64,000 nucleotides of DNA. Origin: an uncultured delta proteobacterium (GTDB lineage Bacteria > Myxococcota_A > Polyangia > Polyangiales > Polyangiaceae). The translations under genes were made by a program, and so were the position numbers. Under the pieces are notes generated by a model. It was not told the DNA's origin and did no database searches. It saw only the letters and a program-made list of their open reading frames with translations. The stretch covers positions 128,001-192,000 of the forward strand of contig CAVQUB010000021.1 of NCBI GenBank assembly GCA_963716725.1. The letters run 5' to 3'. Shown piece by piece: positions 1-13,885 of the stretch. The number at the start of each line of letters is the position of its first letter. Within the stretch, counting starts at the first letter, position 1.

Positions 1-1108
1 GCGCCGCGAGCCGCGTGCGCAGGCGCGCGGCCTCGAACACGCTGAGCACGGCGCGCACGATGGTGGTCTTGCCCACGCCCGGGCCGCCGGTGATGACCAG
101 CACCTTCTCGCTGGCAGCGGCCTCGACCGCGGCGCGCTGCGCCGGCGCCAGGGAGAGGCCCCGGCGCTTCTCGAAGGCGTCAATGGCGGTCTCGAGCCCC
201 GGGAGCCGGGGCGCCGGCGCATCGATCAAGCGCCTCACGCTCTCGGCGAAGCTCTGCTCGGCGGCGTGCAGTCGCCACAGAAAGGCAAAATCGTCCTCCA
301 CGACGACCCGCTCGCTGGCACGCAGGGCGTCCACCGCAGACTCGACGTGAGCGGCGTCGATCTCGAGCATCGCGGCCGATCGCTCGACAAGCGCCGTCCG
401 CGGCACCGCGACGTGCCCCTGATCGGCCAAGACCCCGAGCTCGTGTAAGACCCCGGCTTGGGCGCGCTCTGGGTGATCTCCGGCGATGCCCAGCGAACGC
501 GCGATGCGATCCGCCGTCTTGAAGCCGACGCCGTGGACCTCGAGCGCCAGTCGATAGGGCGAAAGCTGCACGACGCTGGCGCTGCGCTCACCGTAGCGTT
601 GGAAGATGCGCGCCGCCAAGGCCGGAGATGCGCCGTGGGTCTGGAGCAGAACCATGACGTTGGCGATGGCGCGGTGCAGGACCCATGCCTTCTTGATCTC
701 TTCCACGCGCCGCGCGCCGATGCCCGGCACATTGCCCAGCCGCTCGGGATCGGTGTCGAGCACCTTCAGCGACTCGAGGCCGAAGGTCGCGACGATGCGC
801 TTGGCGAAGCCGGGGCCGATGCCCGGAATCAGCCCCGAGCCGAGGTACTTCTCCAGGCCGACCAAGGTCGCCGGCTCGATGGCCACCAGCGACTCGGCGC
901 GAAACTGCTCGCCGCGCTTCGGGTCACGGACGAAGTCGCCGGTGACACGCACCCGGGTGCCAGGTCCCACGGCCTGGAAGTTCCCGACCACGACGATGGA
1001 TCCAGTCTGTTTTGCGTCGTCGATGGATCCGACGCGCAACACCCGGAAGCCCGTCTCCTCGTTCTCGAAGGTGACGCGCTCGACTTGGCCCGTCAGCGTG
1101 GTCGGCAC
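1..1108 (-). CDS. recD2: ATP-dependent RecD2-like (RecD/TraA family) DNA helicase, 5' part; runs off the left edge
   Basis: Manual translation (not in ORF track): GTG at 1108, MPTTLTGQVERVTFENEETGFRVLRV...GLEKYLGSGLIPGIGPGFAKRIV (HhH)...SPYRLALEVHGVGFKTADRIARSLG...Walker A VITGGPGVGKTT. Confidence 0.93.
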   Translation of the reverse strand, partial: MPTTLTGQVERVTFENEETGFRVLRVGSIDDAKQTGSIVVVGNFQAVGPGTRVRVTGDFVRDPKRGEQFRAESLVAIEPATLVGLEKYLGSGLIPGIGPGFAKRIVATFGLESLKVLDTDPERLGNVPGIGARRVEEIKKAWVLHRAIANVMVLLQTHGASPALAARIFQRYGERSASVVQLSPYRLALEVHGVGFKTADRIARSLGIAGDHPERAQAGVLHELGVLADQGHVAVPRTALVERSAAMLEIDAAHVESAVDALRASERVVVEDDFAFLWRLHAAEQSFAESVRRLIDAPAPRLPGLETAIDAFEKRRGLSLAPAQRAAVEAAASEKVLVITGGPGVGKTTIVRAVLSVFEAARLRTRLAA

Positions 1109-1134
1109 GTCGTGAAGCTACACCGCGCCGACGA

Positions 1135-2640
1135 TCACTGCTGGCAGATCTTGAAGCGGCGCAAGCGCAAAGTGTTGGAATCTCGCCACGCCACCAGCAG
1201 CTTGTCGTCGGCGTAGGCGATGACTGGTTGGTCGACGGAGGAGGAGAGCTTCGACGTGGTTGGCCCGTCCATCTCGAAGCCTCCCACCGCCACGACCTCG
1301 AGCTGGCCCGGCGCGAGCTCGACGTAGCTGGCGTTGACCCACAGCTCGCCGGTCGCAGCGGTGACGCCGGCGACGGCGAAGTGGACGCGTTCGCTGCTGG
1401 AGCCTGGCGGCCGATTGTAGGCCACCAGGCCCGGCAGCGACACCCCGGGCAGGGTGGGATCGTCAGCGGACTTGCAGGTCTCGATCTCGCTCCAGCTCCC
1501 GCCGGTCAGGTAGAAGGAGTTGAACTCGGTCAGGACCGGACCGATGGGCTTGTGGGCGAAGGCTCCCACCCACATTCGTCCTCGACCTGCAGCAGCGAGG
1601 CCCTCGAAGATCCCGGTCTTGGCGTAGCAGGACGTGATCGTGTCGCCCACGCCGCCCGGAAATGTCAGCCTGAGCTGCGAGTCGTCTCGCCAGAGCGCGC
1701 CCACCGCCGAGTCGGACACCACCGGCGCCAGGCCGGTCACTGAGGCGGCCGGAATCCACTTCTCCTTCGGTTTCGCCCCCGCGCTGCCCATCCACACGCC
1801 GCCAGGCCCGATCCACATCGCGCTGGCTTGTCCGTTCGGAGCGACGTACGGAACCGGTCGTCGCGTGCCGTCGAGGGTAGCGCCGTAGCAGGCGCCCGTG
1901 CACACGTCCTTGGCAAGGGGTGGACTCAGAAGGTCGGCGGGGTACTCGAGCTGTTTTACGCGCCAGTCCAAAACTCCGACCTCCACCGCGCCGAACCCCA
2001 CCAGCTTGCCACCAGCGTAGAGCAACCCCACCGGACCGCGGGGAGCTGCTCCGAGATCGGAACCGAACAGGCGCTCGGCGCCCTTCTGCAGCGAGCCAGC
2101 CACGGGCACCTCGAAGACCGCGGTCTCGTAGTCGTAGGCCAACGGCCCGGCGTCGGGCTTCTTGGTTCCGAAGTACTTGGAGACGTAGAAGCGCCCGGCG
2201 CCGCCGGTCACGCTCAACCCGCCGAGGTGGTCATGCGCAGGTAGGTCGATCTGCCCATCATCGAACAGCTTGCCCGTGTGGAAACACACGTTGGGTCCGG
2301 CATCGTGCTGGACGCACACGTCGGTCGTGCACGGATCGCCGTCGTCGCACTCGGCGCTGACCCCCGGAGTCGTACAGGCCAGCGGTCCGGCATCGGCCGA
2401 GTCCCCGGCGTCCCCCGCATCACCCGCGCCGCCCGCGCCGCCCGCGCCGCCCGAGCCGCCGCCCGAGCCGCCGCCCGCCCCGGCGCCGCCAGTCCCGCCC
2501 GCGCCTGCGGCCCCGCCGAGGGAAGAGTCGGTGCCCGCATCGCCGGCCTCGGCCCCGAGCTCGTCAAAGTCCAGGAGGAATGCGCAAGAAACCGAGCCAA
2601 AGAGCGCGATCACTGGCAGCCAGCCGAGGGCGGTACGCAT
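1135..2640 (-). CDS. Hypothetical lipoprotein: Gly-rich linker, one myxobacterial Cys-rich repeat, probable beta-rich domain
   Basis: Lipobox-like GSVSC, GGAGG linker, motif ECDDGDPCTTDVC; GC-rich third codon positions. Confidence 0.8.
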   Translation of the reverse strand: MRTALGWLPVIALFGSVSCAFLLDFDELGAEAGDAGTDSSLGGAAGAGGTGGAGAGGGSGGGSGGAGGAGGAGDAGDAGDSADAGPLACTTPGVSAECDDGDPCTTDVCVQHDAGPNVCFHTGKLFDDGQIDLPAHDHLGGLSVTGGAGRFYVSKYFGTKKPDAGPLAYDYETAVFEVPVAGSLQKGAERLFGSDLGAAPRGPVGLLYAGGKLVGFGAVEVGVLDWRVKQLEYPADLLSPPLAKDVCTGACYGATLDGTRRPVPYVAPNGQASAMWIGPGGVWMGSAGAKPKEKWIPAASVTGLAPVVSDSAVGALWRDDSQLRLTFPGGVGDTITSCYAKTGIFEGLAAAGRGRMWVGAFAHKPIGPVLTEFNSFYLTGGSWSEIETCKSADDPTLPGVSLPGLVAYNRPPGSSSERVHFAVAGVTAATGELWVNASYVELAPGQLEVVAVGGFEMDGPTTSKLSSSVDQPVIAYADDKLLVAWRDSNTLRLRRFKICQQ

Positions 2641-2729
2641 CGCTCACAGCATAGCCGGGGCCCGCTGCGCAGGCCAACCCGCTCCGTCCTTGCAGCCCGG
2701 ATCCGCGCCGGGGTATTCGAACAAGCGTC

Positions 2730-5440
<2,711 letters not shown>

Positions 5441-5444
<4 letters not shown>

Positions 5445-6229
5445 GCGGCGAGTCCCCGGTCGCGATCGAACGACGCGGGAGCGTCGCGATCTTGCGCATC
5501 GACCGCACCGATCGCATGAACGCGCTGTCGCGGGCGACGCTCCAGGCCTTCGGGCGCATCGGACGAGAGCTCGGCGGCGATGCGTCGCTGCGCGCCATCG
5601 TGTTGACCGGCACGGGCGACAAGGCCTTCTGCGCCGGCGCGGATCTCAAAGAGCGCCAAGGCATGGACGAGAACGCCGTGCGCGATCAGGTGAAGCTGTA
5701 TCGCAGCGAGCTCGGCTGGCTCGATACCTCGCCGGTGCCCGTGGTCGCCGCGCTCAACGGCGTGGCCCTGGGCGGCGGACTCGAGCTGGCGCTGCTCGCG
5801 GATCTGCGCGTGGCCGCGGCCCACGCGACGCTGGGGCTGCCCGAGACCAGCATCGGCATCATCCCCGGTGCTGGCGGCACCCAACGCTTGCCCCGAGTCG
5901 TGGGCGAGGCTCGGGCCAAAGAGCTGATCTTGCTCGGTCGCCGCCTGAGCGCGGACGAAGCCCTGGCCATCGGTCTCGTGAACCGCGTCACTCCAGCCGG
6001 GGTGGATCTGATCGAGGACACCTTGTCGTTCATCACGCCCATCAGCCAAGGCGCCCCCATCGCGCAGGCCGCGGCGCTTCGGGCCATCGACCTGTCTTTC
6101 GAGACGGATCTCGATCACGGGCTCGAGCTGGAACGTCTGGCCTACGACGACTGCCTCCGCAGCGAGGACCGCCTCGAAGCGCTCAGGGCCTTCGCCGAGA
6201 AGCGCAAGCCCGAGTTCAAGGGGCGTTGA
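5441..6229 (+). CDS. Enoyl-CoA hydratase/isomerase (crotonase family, LiuC-like)
   Basis: AFCAGADLKE, ALGGGLELAL, LGLPETSIGIIPGAGGTQRL; ATG overlaps the pepN stop. Confidence 0.92.
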
Positions 6230-7368
6230 GCGACCGCCCGCTCACCTCGAGACTCGCGCCGACGGTTGCGATCGCGGCTCTGGTCGCGCTCGCCGTCGCG
6301 CTCGGGGTCTGGCGCCTGCGACGGGTCGCCCCGGAGACCGCGCCGCCCGAGGGCGCCCACGGTCAGAGCGCGCGTGACCCTGCACCAGTCGACGCGGCCG
6401 CTGACGCGGCGTCCGCGCTGCCCAAACCCAAGCGGCCGGACGACGACCAGCCGAAGACGCTCGGCGCCCAGCGCGAACGGACCTACGGGCGCATGCGCGA
6501 CGAGCTCGGCCTCGACGCGGCCACCATGCAAAAGGTGCGCGCCATCGTCGACAAGAACAAGGTGATCAGCGAGGGCAACCCGGAGGTCTCCACTCACCCA
6601 ATGAAGCGCGGCGAGTGTTGGGAGGCTCGTGACCGAGCGGGGCTCCACGAGGCGGAGGCGCTGGTGAAGCTCGAGGTGAACCAGAAGCTGTGCGGCGCCC
6701 GCCACATGGTTCCGGTCTTCGGCAAGGACCAGAGCCAACGCGCCGAGCTGTGCATCGATCAGTACGAGTTCCCCAACATGCCCTGCGAGTACCCGATGGT
6801 GTACCCCTCGGCTCAGGAGGCGGCGCAGCTCTGCGTCGCCGTGGGCAAGCGCCTGTGCGACGCCCACGAATGGGAAGGCGCCTGCGCAGGCGAGCTTCGC
6901 CGTGCCGAGGACGAGTACCTCTGGACCAGACCGCGCCGCGTCGAAATGGAGTTCTTCAAGAACGAGAAGCGCGACAAGATCTGGGCTTATGGTCCCGAGA
7001 AGAACCACCGAATGTGCGCGACGGGTTCGACGAAGAGCCCCAAGTGCAACGGCGGGGGCTGGGAGACCTGCGGGACCAACTCGTACCCGGCGGGCGCGTT
7101 CCCGGAATGCGTGAGCCCCTTCGGCGTGTTCGATCAGCACGGCAACGCCGCGGAGCACATGAACCTGCCGATGAAGGCCGAGGAGCTCGGGAAGCGCGGC
7201 GGGCTCGGCGAGACCGAGATGAAGGGCAGCTGGTTCATCTTCGCCCGCGGTGAAGCCCACGAAGACGACTGTCGCTGGCGCGCCCCGGCGTGGCACGCGA
7301 CACGGATCGACTACTGGAACAGTCACCGCAACTATCACCTGGGCTTCCGCTGCTGCCGCGACCTGTGA
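6226..7368 (+). CDS. Membrane-anchored SUMF1/FGE-sulfatase (EgtB/PvdO) domain protein
   Basis: Probable TTG start at 6226 overlapping the upstream TGA; N-terminal hydrophobic segment; CIDQYEFPN, GKRLCDAHEWEGAC, FGVFDQHGNAAE, LGFRCC. Confidence 0.85.
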   Translation: MSDRPLTSRLAPTVAIAALVALAVALGVWRLRRVAPETAPPEGAHGQSARDPAPVDAAADAASALPKPKRPDDDQPKTLGAQRERTYGRMRDELGLDAATMQKVRAIVDKNKVISEGNPEVSTHPMKRGECWEARDRAGLHEAEALVKLEVNQKLCGARHMVPVFGKDQSQRAELCIDQYEFPNMPCEYPMVYPSAQEAAQLCVAVGKRLCDAHEWEGACAGELRRAEDEYLWTRPRRVEMEFFKNEKRDKIWAYGPEKNHRMCATGSTKSPKCNGGGWETCGTNSYPAGAFPECVSPFGVFDQHGNAAEHMNLPMKAEELGKRGGLGETEMKGSWFIFARGEAHEDDCRWRAPAWHATRIDYWNSHRNYHLGFRCCRDL

Positions 7369-7425
7369 ACCACCAGTCGCGAGCGATCTTGACCTGATCC
7401 GCGTCCACCGCGTAGCCCTTGGCGC

Positions 7426-7578
7426 ATGCGTCGGTTCGTCGTCTTGGGCATCCTGATTTCCACCTTCGGCTGCTCGGGCGACCTCAGCATCAACGGCGCG
7501 ACCATCGAACAGCTCGTGAAAGATCCCAAGCTGCTCGCCGAGGTCGAATTGCTGCGCACGGCCTCGAACTGCCCCTGA
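7426..7578 (+). CDS. Small 50-aa putative lipoprotein
   Basis: Manual translation MRRFVVLGILISTFGCSGDLSINGATIEQLVKDPKLLAEVELLRTASNCP; signal peptide II pattern, GC-rich third positions; below the ORF-track size cutoff. Confidence 0.6.
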   Translation: MRRFVVLGILISTFGCSGDLSINGATIEQLVKDPKLLAEVELLRTASNCP

Positions 7579-7638
7579 CCAGGAGGCATCGCCTCGGATT
7601 CGTGCGCCGCTGCGACGCAGCTGGGCTAAGCTCGACCC

Positions 7639-9162
7639 ATGCGCGTTTCAGCTTTCTTGGCGGTGGTTGCGATCAGCGGCGCCGCGGCGGGGATCCTCGC
7701 CGGCGGTTGCGGCAGCTCGAACTCCGGCGGCGGTGGCGGTGGAATGGACTCGGGCCTCGGCGGCGAGGCCGGGTACGCCGGAGACGGGGGCAGCGGCTTC
7801 GGCGGCGAGGCCGGGTACGGCGGCTCGGACGGCGGCGGCCCGGTCGGAGGACCGCCGCTCCCGCCACAGCTCGAGTCCAAGCTCGAGGAGCTCGGGACGA
7901 CCTGCATTCAGCTGATGGTGAACTACGACGGTGATCCCATCGAATGGTCACTGATCGAAGCGGGGCGCGCGGCCTACGCGCAGGGCGCCACGGACATTGC
8001 CCTCTCGCAATCGGGCTGCACGCGCATGTACGTCGATCGCGACGGTGCGACCGTCAAGAGCGCCTGGATCGTCGCGCCGCCCTTCGTGGTGGTCGCGCTC
8101 GATCCTCGGCTGCCACCCTTCTTCCTCGGCTCCCTCTCGGCGTGGGTGCCGGCCTCGACTGGGGAGGGCTTCTTCGTCGATGCCGATGGCGATGGCTATT
8201 TCGAGCACCGCGAGAACGTCGAGTACGAGAAGAAGGCCGTGATCGAAGCCTTCGCGCAGCCAACGAACAGCGTCAGCTGGCGCCGCACCGTGACGGTGAC
8301 CGCAGACAGTCGCTTTTACGACATCAAAGATGAGCGCTTTGACACCGGAGGCGCGCCCGTGACCACGACGAGTTCGGCGCCGATCAGTCAGAAGGCATGC
8401 GATCCGGCCGGCAACAAGCCGCCCCCCAAGGATCCGACCTCGAAGCAGCCGGCAGACGTGCAAACGCGGCCCTGCACTCCGGACGAGCGCAGCAAGATCT
8501 GGAAGTCCATGGGTGAGGCCAACCTCAAAGGCAATCGCTGCCTGTGGGCCCTCGGGAAGCGCGACGCTTCGGACAAGGTGTTGCACACCTTCATACGCGG
8601 CGAGCCGACCTTCGAGTGTACCGACGAGGATCAGGGGTTCATCGCGGCAAACGACCGCGGCTTCGCCAACCTCTTCCCTGATCAATACCGGATGATCTTC
8701 CACTCGGACTTCTTCACCAAGGATCCGCTCTCGGCCCAGGCGGCGGGCACAGCGTTCCACGAGCTGCTCCACTTCGTCGGCACTCACGACGGCGATCTCG
8801 AGGCCGCGGCGTCGGAAGCCAACCTGCGCCTGACAGATCCGACCTACGCCTGCGAGTACGCGTGCTTCGGCGACAATGCGACGGAGTGCCACATGGCGGC
8901 GTGCCTCGGCAAGACGATGAGCACGAGCTGGAAAGGAAAGAAGTGCACCGGAACGCTGGATGACACGATGAGGGCCAAGCTCGAGAAGGCGCGTGGCAAG
9001 CCGCTGGCCGGATGCGCTACCGGTCACCAGGTCGGCGCGCTGTGCCGTAGCTTCGGGGGCGGCGCCAACGTGCTGTTCTGCGGCACGCTCCTCGAGTGCG
9101 AAGGCATGTGCCAGGACAAGTGCGAGAGCAAGAGCCTCTCCTGCCTCGACGACTGCCGCTGA
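7639..9162 (+). CDS. Lipoprotein with a putative HExxH zinc metallopeptidase domain and Cys-rich C-terminus
   Basis: LAGGC lipobox, Gly-rich linker, AFHELLHFVG. Confidence 0.75.
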   Translation: MRVSAFLAVVAISGAAAGILAGGCGSSNSGGGGGGMDSGLGGEAGYAGDGGSGFGGEAGYGGSDGGGPVGGPPLPPQLESKLEELGTTCIQLMVNYDGDPIEWSLIEAGRAAYAQGATDIALSQSGCTRMYVDRDGATVKSAWIVAPPFVVVALDPRLPPFFLGSLSAWVPASTGEGFFVDADGDGYFEHRENVEYEKKAVIEAFAQPTNSVSWRRTVTVTADSRFYDIKDERFDTGGAPVTTTSSAPISQKACDPAGNKPPPKDPTSKQPADVQTRPCTPDERSKIWKSMGEANLKGNRCLWALGKRDASDKVLHTFIRGEPTFECTDEDQGFIAANDRGFANLFPDQYRMIFHSDFFTKDPLSAQAAGTAFHELLHFVGTHDGDLEAAASEANLRLTDPTYACEYACFGDNATECHMAACLGKTMSTSWKGKKCTGTLDDTMRAKLEKARGKPLAGCATGHQVGALCRSFGGGANVLFCGTLLECEGMCQDKCESKSLSCLDDCR

Positions 9163-10676
9163 CTGCGCCGGCGCGCCTCGCGCTGCTCGGCGTCGTTCTT
9201 GCGCTGCTGACGGCGCTCGTGCGCGCACCCTTTCGGCACCCCGACGGCGGGCACTTCCACGTCGCGCTGGCCCAGGAGCTGATGCTGAGCGCGGGCGCGG
9301 CGCTGCTCTGCGCCTTGGCTTGGCGCGCACGCCTAGCCACCCGAGCCGATCGCATCACGCTCTGGATCGGGCTCTTGCTGCTGCTCGAACTCCTCAGCGC
9401 GGCGCTGGCTCCGAACGGCCACCTGGCGCTCCGGGCCTCGACGCTGGTATTCGCGGGCTGCGCCCTGCTGCTCATCGCGCGCCACGCGCCCCCGGGCTCA
9501 GCGCAGGCCTTGGCCGTGCCGGCGGGCGTCGTCGCGGCCAGCGTCGTACTCGAAGCGCTGGGCGTGCTGCCTGGGCTCTCGCCACCGGGTCACGCTCCGG
9601 GCGGCGTGCTCGGTCAGCGCAACCTCGCGGCCCAGTTCATCGTATGCGGAGCCCCCTTCGTCGCGCTCTTGGCCGTGCGCGCGCCGGTGCGCTGGCAGCG
9701 CGGAGCGGGCCACGCCCTTGCGGCGCTGTCGATAGCAGCCGTCGTGCTGACGCGTTCTCGCAGCGCTTGGCTCGCGGTGATCGTGCTGCTCGCGCTCGGC
9801 GTCACGCTCGTCAGTACGCGCGCCGACAACGAGGGACGAGGCCGCGCGGCCCTGCTCGCGGTCACCATCGCAATCGGCGCCGGCGTTGCACCTCGCTTGC
9901 CGACGACGCTGGCGTGGTCATCTGCTACGCCCTTCCGAGATACGGCCTCACACCTGGTCGATGCGTCGACCGGCAGCGGAGCAGGACGCATGGCGCAATA
10001 CGGCACCACGCTGCGGATGGCGCTCGCGCACCCAATGCTAGGCGTGGGGCCAGGCGGCTGGTCGGGTCAGTATCCGCGCTTTGCCGCGGCGAACGATCCC
10101 AGCTTGCGCGCAGGCCTCCGCCCCACCAATCGACTCCCGAGCTCCGATTTGTTGGGCGCCGTCGCCGAGCGCGGGTTCATCGCGCTGGTGCTCGGGCTGC
10201 TCCTGCTGGTCGAGCTGTGGCGCGCGCCGGGCGCCGAACGCTGGACGCGCCGCGCGCTGCTGGTCGCGCTGGCCGTGGTCGCCAGCCTCGACGCAGTACT
10301 GCAGACCGCAGCGCCCCTCGCCCTCGTCGCTCTGGGTCTGGGGTTCACCACGCCCGCGGCCGACGAGCCCCCGGCGGGCACGCTGCTGCCGCGCGCTACC
10401 TTCGCGACCGCCGCGCTGATCTTGCTGGTCTTCGCCGGATTTTCCGGGCTGCGCCTGGCCGCGCTGCACGCGCTCTCGGGTCGTCAGACCTTCGCTGCCT
10501 TCGAGCTCGCCGTACGCCGCGACCCGGGCGACGTCGCCAGCCGCATGACGCTGGCCGAGGCCTTGGTAAAAGCCGGGCGTTGTGCCGAGGCGCGCTCGCA
10601 CCTCGCGTCGCTGCAGAGGCACTCGCCCGCGCACCCGTGGCTCCGCGAGCTCATCGGCCGCTGCGCGTCACAGTAG
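9096..10676 (+). CDS. O-antigen ligase/Wzy_C-like polytopic membrane protein with C-terminal TPR-like region (true start probably near 9160)
   Basis: Many TM segments; GGVLGQRNLAAQF, VLTRSRSAWLA, HPMLGVGPGGW. Confidence 0.78.
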   Translation: MRRHVPGQVREQEPLLPRRLPLTAPARLALLGVVLALLTALVRAPFRHPDGGHFHVALAQELMLSAGAALLCALAWRARLATRADRITLWIGLLLLLELLSAALAPNGHLALRASTLVFAGCALLLIARHAPPGSAQALAVPAGVVAASVVLEALGVLPGLSPPGHAPGGVLGQRNLAAQFIVCGAPFVALLAVRAPVRWQRGAGHALAALSIAAVVLTRSRSAWLAVIVLLALGVTLVSTRADNEGRGRAALLAVTIAIGAGVAPRLPTTLAWSSATPFRDTASHLVDASTGSGAGRMAQYGTTLRMALAHPMLGVGPGGWSGQYPRFAAANDPSLRAGLRPTNRLPSSDLLGAVAERGFIALVLGLLLLVELWRAPGAERWTRRALLVALAVVASLDAVLQTAAPLALVALGLGFTTPAADEPPAGTLLPRATFATAALILLVFAGFSGLRLAALHALSGRQTFAAFELAVRRDPGDVASRMTLAEALVKAGRCAEARSHLASLQRHSPAHPWLRELIGRCASQ

Positions 10677-10777
10677 GCGCCGTTGGTTCGGAACGAAGCG
10701 GAACGCTCGACGCGGCTGCAGCGCGGCGCCGCCGCGCGAGGGCGCCCGCTCGGATGGCGTGTGATACGATCGCTGCC

Positions 10778-12256
10778 GTGATCGATCCGCCGGAGTCGCG
10801 GCGCACGTCGGAACCCGGGCTGTTCCCCCACCGGCTCGGACGCTATGAAGTGCTGTTGCCCATCGCCAGCGGTGCCATGGCGACCGTGTACCTGGCGCGA
10901 GGGTTGGGCCCCGACGGCTTCGAGCGCGACGTCGCGCTCAAGCTCACCCATCTTCACGTGCGCGAAGACCCCGGCTTTGTCGTGTCGGTGATGGACGAGG
11001 CACGACTGGCGGGACAGATCCGTCACCCCAATGTCGTATCGGTGCTGGACGTCGGCGAAGACGCCCTCGGCGTGTTCATCGTCATGGAGTACGTCGAGGG
11101 GGATTCTCTGTCCGTGCTCTGGCGCTCCCTGCGAAAGCGCGAAGAACGAATGCCGCTGGCGGTGGGGCTCCGCTTGATGGACGACCTGCTGCGGGGGCTG
11201 CACGCCGCCCACGAACTCGTCGACGACGACGGAAAGGCCCTGGGCCTGGTGCACCGCGACGTGACCCCGCACAACGTGCTCTTGGGCATCGACGGGGTGA
11301 CCAAGCTCACGGACTTCGGGATCGCAAAGGCCGCCTCGCGGCCTGGCAGCACCGCGACGGGACGGGTCAAAGGCAAGATCGGCTACATGGCGCCGGAGCA
11401 AGCCCAGGGGAGGAGCATCGATCGACGGGTCGATGTCTGGGCTGCCGGTGTCAATGCCTGGGAGCTGTTTGCGGGCACCCGCCTCTACGACGGCAGCAAC
11501 GACGCCGCGATCTTGCTCAAGATCGTGCGCGAACCGCCGATGCGCCTGCGCGCCATCAATCCCGAGATCCCGGCAGCGATCGAGTCCGTCGTCGCGAAGG
11601 CGCTCGCCCTCGACGCCAGCGATCGTCATGACAGCGCGGAAACCTTTGCGGAGGCCCTCGTGGCCGCCGCACGATCGGCGGGCATGCACCGCGCCGAGCG
11701 CAGTGAGGTCACCCGGTTCCTGCAGCCGCTCCTGGGGGAGCGCTTGGAAGAACGCCGGGCCAAGTCCCGCGAAGTACGTGCTCTCCGGCAACAGTCGACA
11801 CAACTCGGGCGGCTGGACGCAAGTTCGCGCCCGTCGCAGCCCGAGCCATTGCTCCGGCGGGTCGAGGCGACCCGCGTCACTGAGGTCGAGCGGTCGGCTT
11901 CGACCGGTCACACGCAGACCGGCACGGCTGGGCTCTCGCCCCTGGCGAGCTCCATCCTGCCGCCGCGCCGGCGCCGAATGCTCGCCATCTCCGCGATCGC
12001 TGGCGCGGGCCTCACCGCGGTGGTTCTCGGCGTCACCGCTCTCGACGATGGCAGCGAACCCGCCGGCCGCGCCGCAGCGGCAAGCGCTCAGCCCGCTGGG
12101 GCCGCGGCAGCGCTTCCAGCGCGCCCGGCCCCGTCACTGGCCGCCTCGACCGCCTCGACCGCGTCGGCCAGCTCGACGGCACCCGAGTCGGAGACGCCGG
12201 CGAGCTCGGCGGGCGGTCGGGGCGGCGCTTCGACGCCAGCTCGCGGAAATCGGTAG
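10778..12256 (+). CDS. Membrane Ser/Thr protein kinase (alternative start ATG 10754)
   Basis: ASGAMATVY, VALK, HRDVTPHN, DFG, GYMAPEQ; TM helix and Ala/Ser/Pro-rich tail. Confidence 0.92.
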   Translation: MIDPPESRRTSEPGLFPHRLGRYEVLLPIASGAMATVYLARGLGPDGFERDVALKLTHLHVREDPGFVVSVMDEARLAGQIRHPNVVSVLDVGEDALGVFIVMEYVEGDSLSVLWRSLRKREERMPLAVGLRLMDDLLRGLHAAHELVDDDGKALGLVHRDVTPHNVLLGIDGVTKLTDFGIAKAASRPGSTATGRVKGKIGYMAPEQAQGRSIDRRVDVWAAGVNAWELFAGTRLYDGSNDAAILLKIVREPPMRLRAINPEIPAAIESVVAKALALDASDRHDSAETFAEALVAAARSAGMHRAERSEVTRFLQPLLGERLEERRAKSREVRALRQQSTQLGRLDASSRPSQPEPLLRRVEATRVTEVERSASTGHTQTGTAGLSPLASSILPPRRRRMLAISAIAGAGLTAVVLGVTALDDGSEPAGRAAAASAQPAGAAAALPARPAPSLAASTASTASASSTAPESETPASSAGGRGGASTPARGNR

Positions 12257-12313
12257 CCCTTCCGGAGACACCGCCCTGGGGTCAACGGAGTGCATTCAGT
12301 CGGCCGGCTCTGA

Positions 12314-13624
<1,311 letters not shown>

Positions 13625-13806
13625 GAGCCGTCCATCTTACCGCGGATCGCCGACGGTGAAGGCTCCAGAGGCGGCACCAGCGGCTTCGTCGAGCGCAAAA
13701 AGGCAACGGAGAAAAACCCGAAGTACCCGGGGCTCAACCCGCGGTCCCTGCCTTGGGCGCGATGCTCGTGTGACGAGGAGCGCGGCCCTCGGCCCCGGGC
13801 GGAATC

Positions 13807-13838
13807 ATCCGGACACTTTGGGATCTGAATCCGGACGC
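13807..13838. promoter_or_regulatory. Candidate enhancer (UAS): two ATCCGGAC direct repeats 22 bp apart
   Basis: ATCCGGACAC at 13807 and ATCCGGACGC at 13829, about 50-80 bp upstream of a sigma54 motif. Confidence 0.45.
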
Positions 13839-13885
13839 ACCAGTATCCACGGGGAGGATCTCCCGAGATTTGTCCTCGCGCCTGG

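Noticed and set aside
7760..7825. GYA/GYG motifs in the 7639 lipoprotein linker as radical SAM targets
   Set aside because: They sit in a generic Gly-rich linker about 19 kb from the enzyme and do not resemble the PPxxxxYxV repeats.
8993..10753. Apparent N-terminal extension of about 590 aa on the Ser/Thr kinase (ORF 8993-12256)
   Set aside because: Arg/Ala-rich off-frame read-through across the O-antigen ligase-like gene; the kinase starts near 10754-10778.
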